64,000 nt of DNA, from assembly GCA_012295275.1 (NCBI GenBank), contig CM022674.1, positions 7,936,001 through 8,000,000 on the forward strand, in the 5' to 3' direction. The notes beneath the pieces were generated by a model. That model ran no database searches. It saw nothing but the letters and a program-made list of their open reading frames with translations, and was not told the DNA's origin. Position 1 is the first letter of the stretch, and each line of letters starts with the position of its first letter. A program made the translations under genes and the position numbers. The stretch is from Chrysomallon squamiferum. Its lineage: Eukaryota > Animalia > Mollusca. This document shows, piece after piece, positions 1 through 12,633 of the stretch.

Positions 1-60
1 TGTAACTCCAGAATGGGTCTTTTTTTTGTATATAAAATTTTACTGTTTTTATTTTTCTAG

Positions 61-3000
61 TGACTGATGTCCCGTCTTCGTGCAATGACCTGGAATGTCA
101 GTTTGGTGCTGTGTGTCAGGACTTTGACGGGCGACTGGAGTGTGTCTGTGAGGTTCACTCATGCGAGACTGAAAACCCTCAGGAGATAGTGTGTGGGACA
201 GACGGACAGAACTACGGCTCTGAGTGTCAGCTCCGCCTGTTTGGGTGCAGACTGCAGAAACACATTGCTGTCGCCTACAGAGGACCTTGCAGAGGTCAGC
301 CAGTTTACTTATTTACTTTTTTATTTATTTACTTAGTTACTTTGTTTATTTTAATTATTTTCTTTTTTATTCATTTTATTTATTTATTTATTTAATATTT
401 AATTGATTGATTTGATTTCATTTTGGTATTATTATTATTATTATATATTTTTAAAAATGTCTTTGGAATTATATAAATGATTCATAAGTTTAGGCTTGAT
501 TGATTTATTTATGATCTCAGCAATGTAACTTCAGATGGGTTTTACAACATAAAAGAAAAATTTGGAGGACACCATGTTTTTAACAAAATTTTAAATGATT
601 TCAGCTTTGCCATCAACTGAGACTACGACACCAGTTCCTTCGACAACACGATCTCGCAAGACTACACGACACATAAAGGACAACGCCAGTCAGCTACCAT
701 CAGGTGACATCAAAACCAGCGGAACTGACCAACCTGACTCCGACAACGTCTGTGGTACGTTATTAGCATATCACTTAATTTTGTTTATTTTTAATTTAAT
801 TACGTTTTTAAAACTAACCTGACTCAGACAACATCTGTGGTACGTTTACTGTTATTTAACATATCTCTTAATTTTATTTATTTTTAATTTAATTACATTT
901 TTAAAAATAACATAGAAGAAGTTTTAATAGCTGTTATATGTTTGTAATTTTAATAAATAAAAATAAATTATTAATATTAAATTCTGTTTCATTTCAATAA
1001 AATTTCAGATCTTTTAGAAACTTTCGATTTATTTTTAAAATATTGAAATTCATATTTTTAATAACACAAGTACAGAATGAAGACTAATTTTCCATAATGA
1101 AATGACAAATGTCGAAACCTTTTTAATTCTGAAATCCTATATTCAGTTGAAATTAGTTGCATTTGTTAATTTATCCAAATAGGATCTTTTATAATTTATT
1201 AAATCTTAAACAGTAGAATAAAATAACCTCTGTGGCCCACATTTTTAAAGTAGCATTTTTTAATGTATCAAAGACAAGTAGGTATATACATTGCTTTAAT
1301 AAATGCACTGGTTAGAATGGGAAATGCCACTCATTTTTAAATGTTACATATGGTGTCATTTAATCTGTAAAGTTATAATTAAAATATATATATATATTGC
1401 TCATTTTATCAACTTTTAGAATGATTTGTTTGTTACTAATAATAAAGATTGTTTTTTTTCCAGAAGGTCTGAGTAAGATTGACGAGCTGTGTATAGATGA
1501 CGACACTTGCTGTGCTAATAACAGTCAGTGTCACCTCGGACTGTGTCACTGCCTGCCCGGCTACGTCCCTTCACTGGACATGACTCACTGCATTGGTGAG
1601 TTCCAGACTCCCTAACTAGCAAGACTCACCTCCATCTTGTGACATAACATTTATACTCATCTATAGGCAAACATGTGAACTCTGGTAGAGTTAGGTGATC
1701 CCAGGCAACATATTTAAGTAAAGAAAACAAGATTCTGTTACAAAACATGTTAATGTAAAATCATCATTTAAAAGAATGAGGCAACCAAAGTTTTTGTCAC
1801 TAAAGGTGATCTTTGTTGCATGTCAATAAAATAGTCATTTGTAGCAATGTAGAGATTACAGACATGTTTACTACAGGTAGTTCAGGAGTTAAAATTAAAG
1901 CAGACATTAATTATTCTTACACAGAATCTTTTAAAGAAATATTTCTAAACAAATTACTGTTTTACTGAATGTCTTTGTTTCAGAGGTAAAACGTGAACCA
2001 ATACCAAAGCATCTGACCAACCCACCAAACCAGGATGCTTGTTCCACCAACCCTTGTCATCACCATGGCACCTGTGTCCTTGACGACTCCCTGGGATTCC
2101 GATGTTTCTGTCCTCTCGGCAGGGGAGGACCATTCTGTAAAAGAAGTGAGAACAAGAACCAGACATACTTATCATATATAAATTTTTAATTGTTTTTCTG
2201 TTCCAAATCATTCAAATTACACATATTATTAATTTTAAATGATGATGATGATGATGGTGGTGTTGATGGTCATAGTGATGTTAATGTGATTATTATGATG
2301 ACAACAGCAACACTGTATCACCAACAGAAAATAATAACCATCATCATCTTCACCACCAACACAGCAATAACATAAACCACAACCAATATCAACAACACCA
2401 CCACCACCAACAACATTATATGTAACAATGACAAAAACAAAATGATTCTTTTGTAGCATTATGATTCTATTATTTATTTATTTGTTTATAAATTTTTCTA
2501 AACACAGATATTGAGTTTGAACATCCTTCGTTCAGTGGAAAGTCGTATCTCAAAGTTCCGAAGATAAACAAGGCAAACAGAGACCTGAGTATAGAGATTG
2601 TCTTCCACACACTCAACAAAGATGGAATTCTGCTCTACAACTCTCAGAATGTTGATGGGTCAGGAGATTTCATTGCTCTCATTATCAAAAATGGCTATGT
2701 GGAATTCAGGTAAGAAAAGTGATTTTTTTCCCATCTTGGTGTTTTATTGTTATTAGAAGAAAAGAAAATATCCGCTTCAATCATTATGTTAATTAAATAC
2801 TATTTATTGTATACACATTATGTTAATAAGAATAAAGCTGAAATAACAGCGCCAACAATAAGACAAGTGAAAGCAGAAATATAATAATAATATTAATATC
2901 ATTAAAGTGAGGGAAAGAAAAAAAACAAAAATGAAAATAAATATTAAAAACAGTTATTAATAGCAACAGTAAAACATAACAATAATATCAGTAGAAAGAA

Positions 3001-6000
3001 CAAAAAAAAACAAACAACAAAACAACAACAAACACCAGAAGCAAGTATCAAAAACAATGAAAGTAGCACAAAAATAGAGAATGGAAACTGAATAAAATAT
3101 TTAACCCAGATTTAATGAGTGTTATTTGAGATTAAAGCAGTTACAGTAAGGTGTTTACATCGTGTGTTTAGGTATGATCTTGGAGGAGGAGAGGTGGTGA
3201 TACGAAGCACTGTTCCAGTGGAACCGAAAAAACAGCATCGTGTGGTGGCTCGTCGCATACAGGAGAAAGGATTCCTCATCATGGACAATGAGGAGCCAGT
3301 GTCAGGAGCCGGTCTGCACTCTCACAACTCACTCAATCTCAGAGACCCTCTCTACGTGGGATATGTACCTGACGCTAGTGATGAGTATGTGTAAATCAGA
3401 TAAAAATAACAGATTACAAATGAGATTCAAAAATAAATGTACAAATGTTACAGTGAATTAAAAACATGATTTAGCAGGAATTTGTCAATTTACTTACATC
3501 TTAATTTTGTTACAATTGTCTATTTTTTATAATTGAAAATTATTAATTATCAAGTATTTACAAAGTGGGACTCTCAAATATTATTTTTATTAATTTATTT
3601 AATAAACGAAGATGGCTATTGATGAATATTTATAGTTTAGTGTATAATAAATACACAAAATGTTATGAAACATATTTAAATTAATAACACTGTGTTTAAT
3701 AGATAAAGAGAGCTCTGTAATAAGTATGCATAGGTTACAGCTGTTTAAGTACCAATGTTGAATATAATTATCACTAATCACATTTGTACTTTAAGAGATC
3801 TGAGGTATGTGCTAAGTTATACAAATATCAGTCTATCTATCTGTCTATTTGTCTATCTGTATCTGTCAGCCCATATATGTCTGTCTGAACTATTTCTCCC
3901 TCTTCCTCTCAATTCATTATTCCTTCCCTGAAGCACTGACACATATAAATACTATTTAGATCTGTGTTTTAAAACAGATTTGCTCTGAATGTTTCAGGCT
4001 GTATGAGAGGATTGGGGTGAACCTGGGCCTGGTTGGCTGTGTGAAGAGTGTGAAGGCAGGAAACAAGAATTACCAGAAAGAATACAACCTGCGATACCCA
4101 GACCACAACACTGACATCAGAGACGGAGCAGGAATTGGTCAGTTTACATAAACCTTGTTTGTACGATTATTAGCTAAACTACACTTACAGTTATTAATTG
4201 TTAAGCATTTAAAAAGGTGAAATCACAAACATTGGTCAGTTTACTAAAATAATTGTGATTTTTTTTTTATTACTATCCAAACTATAGTTAGAATTATTAA
4301 TTATTAAGCATTTACAAAATGGATTCACAAACAGTGGTCAGTTACTTAAAAAATCATGACTTTTCTTTTAGTACTGCATGATTAATTATTATTTATACAA
4401 AATGGATTCACAAACAGTGGTCATCACAACTGCATGATTAATTATTATTTATACAAATGGGACTCACAAATAAATGTATGATTGTGAAAGTGAATAAAAA
4501 TACATGAATGATAGAAATCTGTTAATAAATATTCTGTAGTGTAAAACAAATTATGACAATTAATTAATTATTAATTTAAATATAACTATTGTTGTTTTAG
4601 TACCAGAATTAATAGTAATAGTAGAATTCAGAGTGATAGCAATAGTAGCATAGTAGTAATATTAATAGTTTTAATAGTAGTAATAGTAATAGTTTGTAAC
4701 ATCATCATTTTGTAGTAGTAGTTGTAGTAATTGTAACAGTAGCAGTCGTGGTGCTGGTCATGGTAGAAGTATTTATTTTAACTTTATAATATTCATTATG
4801 TTTAACACTGACTGTAAAGTTTAGATATAAGAAGACACTTCTTGTTTCAGGTGAGTGTGGTAACAACCCATGTAAAACAATGCCGTGTGTCAACGATGGG
4901 ACGTGCATCATGCAAGATGAAAATAACTTCCTCTGTCTCTGTTCCGAGGGATTTCAAGGTAAATTCCTTTCAGTGATGTGGGGAACAATTTTAAAACATG
5001 CTCCACTGATTGAGCTGGGGAGGGATGTTTAGGATTCCAGAAACCAATATATTTAAGAAAAAAGACAAAATATTATTTCATAAAAAGTTTGTAATAATAT
5101 AACAACAACAACATCAGCAACAACAACAATAATAATTAGACATTTTTTTATTAAATATATACATTTGGGGAATTGTATGAACTGGTGTAGGCATATTTTA
5201 TTTTATTGTGAGAAGGTAAAATTTCTAAATTAAAGAAATATAATTTATAAATAGAAAATAATCACTGTTGATTTATGCTTAAAATTAAACAAATAATAAC
5301 TAACTTATTAATTATAAATTCAAAAGATTAAAATAGCATCTATAGTTAAAGAGACAAATATCTTGTAAAGTTTAAATATACTTTATTTGTGTTTAAAGGG
5401 ATATACTTTGTGTTTAAAGGGATATACTTTGTTTCTGTTTAAAGGGATATACTTTATTTGTGTTTAAAGGGATATACTTTGTTTGCATTTAAAGGGATAT
5501 ACTTTGTGTTTAAAGGGATATACTTTATTTGTGTTTAAAGGGATATACTTTGTTTGTGTTTAAAGGGATGTACTTTATTTGTGTTTAAATGTATATACAT
5601 TATTTAAAGGGATTTACTTTATTTGTATTTAAAAGGCTATACTTTATTTGTGTTTAAAGGTACATACTTTATTTGTATTTAAAGGGATATACTGTATTTG
5701 TGTTTAAAGGTATATACTTTATTTGTATTTAAAGGGATTTACTTTATTTGTGTTTAAAGGGATTTTGTGTTTAAAGGTATATACTGTATTTGTATTTAAA
5801 GGGATTTACTTTATTTGTGTTTAAAGGGATTTACTTTATTTGTGTTTAAAGGTATATACTGTATTTGTATTTAAAGGGATTTACTTTATTTGTGTTTAAA
5901 GGGATATACTGTATTTGTGTTTAAAGGGATTTTGTGTTTAAAGGTATATACTTTATTTGTATTTAAAGGGATTTACTTTATTTGTGTTTAAAGGGATTTA

Positions 6001-9000
6001 CTTTATTTGTATTTAAAGGGATACACTTTGTTTAAAGGGATATACTTTATTTAAAGTGATACACTTTGTTTAAAGGGATTTACTTTATTTAAAGTGATAT
6101 ACTTTATTTGTATTTAAAGGGATATACTTTATTTAAAGGGATATACTTTATTTAAAGTGATATACTTTATTTAAAGGGATTTACTGTGAGGAGCTGAAAG
6201 ACCCATGCTCCAGTCAGCCGTGTCAGTCTGGGGGTACATGTATCTCGGTGGAGTTCGACACTGGGTTCCAGTGCAAGTGTCCCGAGGGCAGGGATGGACT
6301 CCGGTGTGAGAAAGGTGAAGAAAATTTAAAGTTTAATTTATCCTTTATTGCTCTGTAGAAACCACACTCAATATTTCTCATTACTTAACTATTAATAATA
6401 ATATAATCAAATAATCAACACATAATGATAATGTTTAATTAAAGTCTGTTTTGTTTAGACTGTTAATTTTTTGCAAACAGCATACTTAATATGTATTTAC
6501 TAAAATAATAAATATTACCATAATCAGAAAACATTTTATAAACCCCATAATACCACACCATTGTGTTGAAATAAAAAAGGATGTAGGTCAGTATGTGTAT
6601 GAACCTGTGATCCATTGCCTGTCAGATTCATTCTGCTATGGAGTTAAAATAATCACCTTCATGTTTCAAAATCAAAATTATTTAAAAATAGTGATAATAA
6701 AAATATTAAGCATCATTGTTTAATTATCAAATGCATTTATTTATTTCAGTTTGTACATGTCACAAGCTTTAGTGTGAGTTCAGCTGTGTTTTTATTGTAA
6801 TTTCAGAGTCAATGAAGAAAATATTTGTGCCTCAGTTTGCTGGAGACTCGTACATTGAGCTTGAACTCAATGTTACCAGCAAACACAAACTCAGACTGGA
6901 GGTTTGGTTCCGAGCTACAAGACCTAATGGTTAGATTCAAGTGATATAGTTTACTTTTCAAATCTCCCAGTGTTACCTTCCCTTTGTTAAAAAATAAAGA
7001 TAACATTTTACCCAAGAGATTTTCATTACAAATTATTTTATTTCAACTGAAATAGTTTTCAGTTTAAATTTAAAATTAATGCATGGAATAAAAATAATCA
7101 ATTTGTACTTTCAGATTTCTTATTTTATTCCCCTGAGCAAGTTTGGTTTTATTTAGTATTAAAATGGACACTGAGCTTTTGTTGTCATTTTGAAAAGAAA
7201 AATATATTTACATACATTTTAAATTTATTTTTCTTTTATGTGATTTCCATTAATATCAAGTAAAGTGGATAAAAGTTTAAATTTTAATCATTATATATTT
7301 GAATATTAGATTTACTTATGTCTGTAGAAGAATGACTTTCAGGTGGTTTTATTTTCTTTGCCGTTCAGGTGTGATTCTGTTTGCTACTCAGTACAGTGAT
7401 GGAAAGGGAGACTTCATTTCTCTGAATCTGGTGAAGAGAAAACTTGAGTTCAAGTTTTACCTCGGAAGTGGCACAACCAAGCTAGAGTGAGTGCTTTAAT
7501 TGTTCATTATTTATTTTATGAATAAACATAATTTCTGTCACATTTTGTTTGTGAATAACACATAATAACATGTAATGTTTTATAAATAAAACAGATACTT
7601 GAAAAATTCTTGAATCTAATATTTTCACTTTACTGAGTGAATAACGAGTGAATTTTTTATTTTATTCAGCAAAATTAACATACTACAATGAGTTCACAGT
7701 TTAAAAAGTTTTAAAATGAGGTTTAGTATCCACAGATAAAAATAAAATAATGTTAAATGTTTTTTGTGAACAGAAGTAGAGGACATGTGCACCTAAAGAA
7801 ATGGCATCGAGTGATAATAGAACAAAGTGGAAAGACTGGAAGACTTCAGATTGACCATCGGCCAGTAGTTACTGGACACTCTCAGGTGAGAACTTTATCA
7901 GTTTTAAATTTCTTTGACTTTTTGCTGGCAAGGATGTTTCTTTCCAAGACTGTGTAATTTCTTAGACAAGTAACTTCTTTCAAATGTTGTCATAAATTGT
8001 CAGCTTACTCTGTAGTTTGTGTCATTTAACCACTTTCTCAGTTTAAATCAATAGTACACATTTTGTGTGTGTGTGTGTATGTGTTCTGTGTTGGGTATGA
8101 TGTAAGTATGTGGTGTGTACATTCTGAGTGTGTCGTGTGGTATTTGTGTGTATGTGTATGTGTGAGTGTTCTGTGTGTGTTGTGTGTGTGTAATATATAT
8201 ATATATATATATCTTATGCGTTTGTGTGGTATGTATGTGTGAATGTATTTTTTATGTGTGTATATGTGTATATTATTTTGTACACTGTTTTGACATTTCA
8301 GGTTTTAAATACTAGATTTTATCAGATCAGTTATTACAGATCTCTGTTTTTCAAAGCTAATTACGTGTTTCTTCTCTAGGGAAAGTCAGCTGCACTCAAT
8401 CTTGGTAAAAAGCTTTACATTGGAGGATTCAAGAACAAGTCTGACATTCCAGCCAATGCTGGTATTCAGACTGGTTTCACTGGCTCCATCCAGCGGGTAC
8501 GAGATAACATGCATCTTCTTATTGACCATATTCATTACCTGTTTATCTTGAAACTCTTTCTTAACCTTACAAGAAAATCACTTATACATTCTCTGTTAAT
8601 CATTCTTAAGAATTAAATAAAAAGGCCTGGATACACCAAAATTTTGATATTTTCAGTTTATTTAGATACAGCTAGTCTCATCTCTGTTCAGGTTTCAATA
8701 AAAGTGATGTTTGTGTAATGATAAAACTCACTTGAGATGGCAGTATTAATTTATATGAATACAGCTGCAATTTTTATAGTTTCCAAGAGAATTTTTAAGA
8801 ATAATACCATGAGAAATATTTCTTATTAAAAACATATTGCACAATAAATATAAATAACATTAAAACATACATTAAAATATTTGTCAGTTTATATTTATAA
8901 ATATTATAAATTATAAAGGTGGTAAATAGATAGTTATGTTATAATGAAACACAAATGATGTATAGAACATATATTAGCAACACATTAAAATGTTTGTTCT

Positions 9001-9770
9001 GCGTACTGATACAAAACTGATGTTTGTTCTGCGTACTGATACAAAACTGATATTTTATGACAGCTGCTGATTAACGGGATGATTATCGACAGCTTGTTGA
9101 AGTCGTCGAAGCAGTTGAGAAACATAGAAGAGTACGACGGCCCCCATGCAACGTCAACCCCTGCATGAATGGCGGGATCTGCATACCACAGCTAAATGAA
9201 GCCAACTGTCAGTGCCCAGACGCCTTTGTGGGAGAGAGATGTGAAAAAAGTAACATTTCTCTTTTTCTTATTAGTGGGGGTTCATGGGATAAAATTAGAC
9301 CAAGGTGTGACACAGTTAACTGGTATTTTTTTACATGTTTATTATATCTTGTACTTTCTGTTTATTTAAAATAAACAGATAATAATAATAATAATAATAA
9401 TCACTACCACATCCACAACTACTACAGGTGTCACAACACAACATAATGAATTAATTAAATGATGCACATTTTTCCAAGTTGAGTATGACAAGAACAGCCA
9501 TATTAATTTTACAGATTGGCTAAAATGCATTATCAACAATGGGAGGATGACTGATACAGTGGGTCATTTTGTTTATAAGTTCTAACAACATTTTTATTTT
9601 TAAACTTCAGGAGCAGAACATGTGAACATTGACCAGCCAGTGAAGTTTGATGGGACTACATATTTACATTTCCTAAACGAAATCACTTCAGAGTAAGAAT
9701 AATAATTATTTGTATCTTGTAATATATATTGTTTTTCTGTGATTTTTGTGTGTGTGTTTATGTGTGTGTT

Positions 9771-9829
<59 letters not shown>

Positions 9830-10049
9830 ACGCGTGCGCATGCCTGTGTATGGTGTGTGTGGTGTGTGCATGTGCACTCATGAATAAGAGCAAGAAAATG
9901 TGTGTTTAAAATATTTTCCATCTAACTGATTTTGTTAAAGGTTATCACAAAACCTAACTGATAAATAAAATTAATAATGATACACACACAAATACATAAA
10001 CATATGCATATACATGTATATTGTATGCATGTTTGTATATATATATATA

Positions 10050-10105
<56 letters not shown>

Positions 10106-10701
10106 ACGTAATATAATTACTGCATTGGTTGTTATTATAATAAGAAGTAATGTTAGAATGGTCATACTGTATTTATTATTATTTTTTGTACACATTATAA
10201 TCTATTACAGACAAGAAGCTCAGAGGACCAACAACATACAAATCAGGTTTAGGACAAAGAACAAAAATGGACTCCTTGCTTTCCAGAACAGAGGGCAGAG
10301 TGTAAAGGGAGATTACTTGGCTATAGCCGTAGTTGATGGCAGGGTGGAGTTCAGCTACAACCTGGGCAAGCAGTCGTCTGAAAATCTCTTCATAATCAGG
10401 TCAAGAGTCCAGGTTGACGACGACGAGTGGCACAAAGTCACAGCAAGAAGGTGAGTTGTTTTATTTACAGTCAACAGGTAAAAATGCAGGTAAATTCCTG
10501 TTACCTGGACTAGAGGTTTATTTTGTAATCAGTACAAAGTTTGTACAGTTCTCTTTGTGTTATTTAATACATAGTAAAAAGCTGTACAGATCTTTGTGTG
10601 AGGTATCAGGGGCAATGGGCTCAGTTCTTTCTAATGTCATTTTTGGCCTGTTATCCAGTTCTGCCATGTGCTCCAAGATGTGCTTCAGTAGTCATGGTCT
10701 G

Positions 10702-10758
<57 letters not shown>

Positions 10759-11950
10759 TTTTCAGTAGTTGCTCCATTTCAGTGGTTTATTTATTTATAT
10801 TATTATATTTATTAGTAGTAGTATATTTTTTTATTTTATATTCTGTGTTTATTTACCTATTTAGTAATTAGTATTATTATTATTGTAGTAATGGTAGTAG
10901 CTGTTGTTATTATGTACTGATTGACTGATTGATTATTCTTCTTACAATTATTTTATTATTTTTTGTTATTATGCTAGTTACTGATGATTCAGATGCTGAC
11001 AAATGTGTATTATTGTTTTTAAGCAGTGTGAAAAAACAAAACAAAACAGTACTATGATAAAAGAAATATTTTATTTGTTTGAAATTACAGGGAGTTGAGT
11101 GATGGAATTCTACAAGTTGATGACGAGGTTCCAGTGATGTCATCATCTGCAGCCGGGGCTTCGCAGCTAGACACAGATGGACAGTTGTGGATAGGTAAAA
11201 AACGTTTAATATTTCTAAATGTCTGTGTGAGACTGTTACTTTATATCTGTTATTATTTTAAAATATCACACTGACTAAATCTAATAATCCAAGTAGAGTT
11301 ATCCTGTAAAATTTAAATTTATTTCTTAATTTATCTTATTTGCTATTTTTCATTTTTCATTTTTCATTCTGAATTATACTTATATTGCAGTATTTAAATG
11401 ATTATAACTAAAAAAAACATGAAAATTCTCAAGATATTATATTTTTAAATAACATATTATTTTAATATTAATTTGAATTACTCCCACAGTAAAATGTTGT
11501 CTAAATTAATCCTACCCCAGAATGTTGTAAACAAAGAATCCACTCCTTCTAACTGACATAAACTAAAGTAATTACATTGGTTACTTTAAAAAAATATATA
11601 TTTTTTTATTTTTCTATCTTTTTATTATTATTTTCATTTAATATAAATTTTAAATTTGTTTTCTAAATTGAAGCAAAAAGAAAGTTTCCATTCTCATGAC
11701 TTTCTTAATTAAAAAAGGTTAAATTGTAAAAATTCTAAAATATTATTACATTGTTATTTTATTTCTTTTTAATACAAATTTTAAATAATTTTACATTGCA
11801 GGTGGAAGGAATAACTTGCCCTTGGACTTGCCAAGTGCCTATTACATAGGTTTTACAGGATGTATCGACGAGATAAAAGTGAACAGGCGCAAACTGCATC
11901 TCGTCAAAATGAGGATTGGACACTCGCGTACAGTTGCATTCTGCTCATAA
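61..11950 (+). CDS. AGRN: Agrin, 3' portion (5' end outside window). Exons: 61-294, 605-754, 1464-1595, 1984-2145, 2508-2709, 3172-3384, 3998-4137, 4851-4958, 6177-6314, 6807-6929, 7369-7486, 7774-7885, 8380-8496, 9064-9249, 9611-9692, 10211-10450, 11091-11194, 11802-11950
   Basis: Domain order is follistatin/Kazal (VCGTDGQNYGSECQL), S/T-rich linker, Cys module, EGF, LG1 (PSFSGKSYL...GDFIAL), EGF-EGF, LG2, EGF, LG3 (FDGTTYLHFLNEIT...LDTDGQLWIGG...GFTGCI), stop TAA 11948-11950. This is the agrin C-terminal architecture. All introns are GT-AG with matching phases, apart from a 1-nt frameshift at 9141-9145. Confidence 0.93.
729..906 (+). repeat. Two-copy ~85-90 bp tandem duplication spanning an agrin exon 3' end and splice donor
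   Basis: aacctgactccgacaacgtctgtg|gtacgtt... (731) recurs as aacctgactcagacaacatctgtggtacgttt... (~816), with matching downstream intron sequence. Confidence 0.85.
4134..4471 (+). repeat. Degenerate ~55-100 bp tandem repeat (4 copies) starting at an agrin donor site
   Basis: attg|gtcagttt (4134) recurs at 4231 (attggtcagttt), ~4332 and ~4416 (agtggtca). Units end in tcacaaa. Confidence 0.75.
5376..6185 (+). repeat. Minisatellite (~19-25 bp unit, roughly 30-35 copies) whose last unit is the acceptor and first bases of an agrin EGF exon
   Basis: Consensus tactttatttgtgtttaaagggat(a/t). The final copy tttatttaaag|ggatttactgt opens exon 6177-6314 (GIYCEELKDPC). Confidence 0.92.
8990..9052 (+). 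repeat. Two-copy 30-bp tandem duplication just upstream of an agrin acceptor
   Basis: atgtttgttctgcgtactgatacaaaactg occurs twice, ending ~10-15 nt before the CAG at 9061-9063. Confidence 0.85.
9776..10753. repeat. Three separate (GT)n microsatellites (~9776-9827, ~10054-10102, ~10704-10753) in agrin introns
   Basis: Directly visible dinucleotide runs. Confidence 0.9.
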
Positions 11951-12593
11951 CACACTAGAGTAGAAACCAGTCATTATGGGACATCATTTATGACATTCAT
12001 TTGATGCAAACAAAACAGAATGCAAGTGATGGATTTTGTAAAAACATTTCTGTTGTTAAAGCTTCGAGAATTCATTGGATTGATGTTTCTATTTTTGTTT
12101 TTATATATAAATACTTTTTTTAAAGTTTGAGAAGGCGATGAATTTATGGGAATTATTTAAAAAAAAAAAAAAAAGTTTTAATTTTTAAAGGTTTGACAGT
12201 GCATTGGATTTGTATAATGTATTTTACTAAGTCAGTGGATTCATGGGTCTGGATTTTTAAAAACTGATTTTTTTATATACATAGCTTGGTGAATGCAATG
12301 GATTTTTAAGAACACAATTTGATGGATATATTTTATTTTTATTTGTATGTATTGAAGCCAGTTTTGAACTAAAAGCTAGAATGGCCATATTTGTTGTGTC
12401 TTTCAAGATGTCTGCCAAGTGAAATATTCATTTCCTGCCACTTGGATCTAAAAAGTAGTTGAAAATAATATTTTTTACTATTATTATTATTATTATTACT
12501 ATTATTATAAATTTTGTCAAAGTGAACAAGCAGTTAAACATTCACTGATAATAAAAATAAAGGTGTAAGATTATTTAATTTGAAGGTTTATTC

Positions 12594-12633
<40 letters not shown>

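Noticed and set aside
5376-6185. Regular short repeats superficially like a CRISPR array
   Set aside because: No unique spacers, the units are head-to-tail, the context is a eukaryotic intron, and there are no cas genes.
9600-10195. ORFs with HTHTHT or CVCVCV runs (also 33196-33420, 49744-49964)
   Set aside because: Translations of (CA/GT)n microsatellites. Only the parts overlapping real exons are coding.
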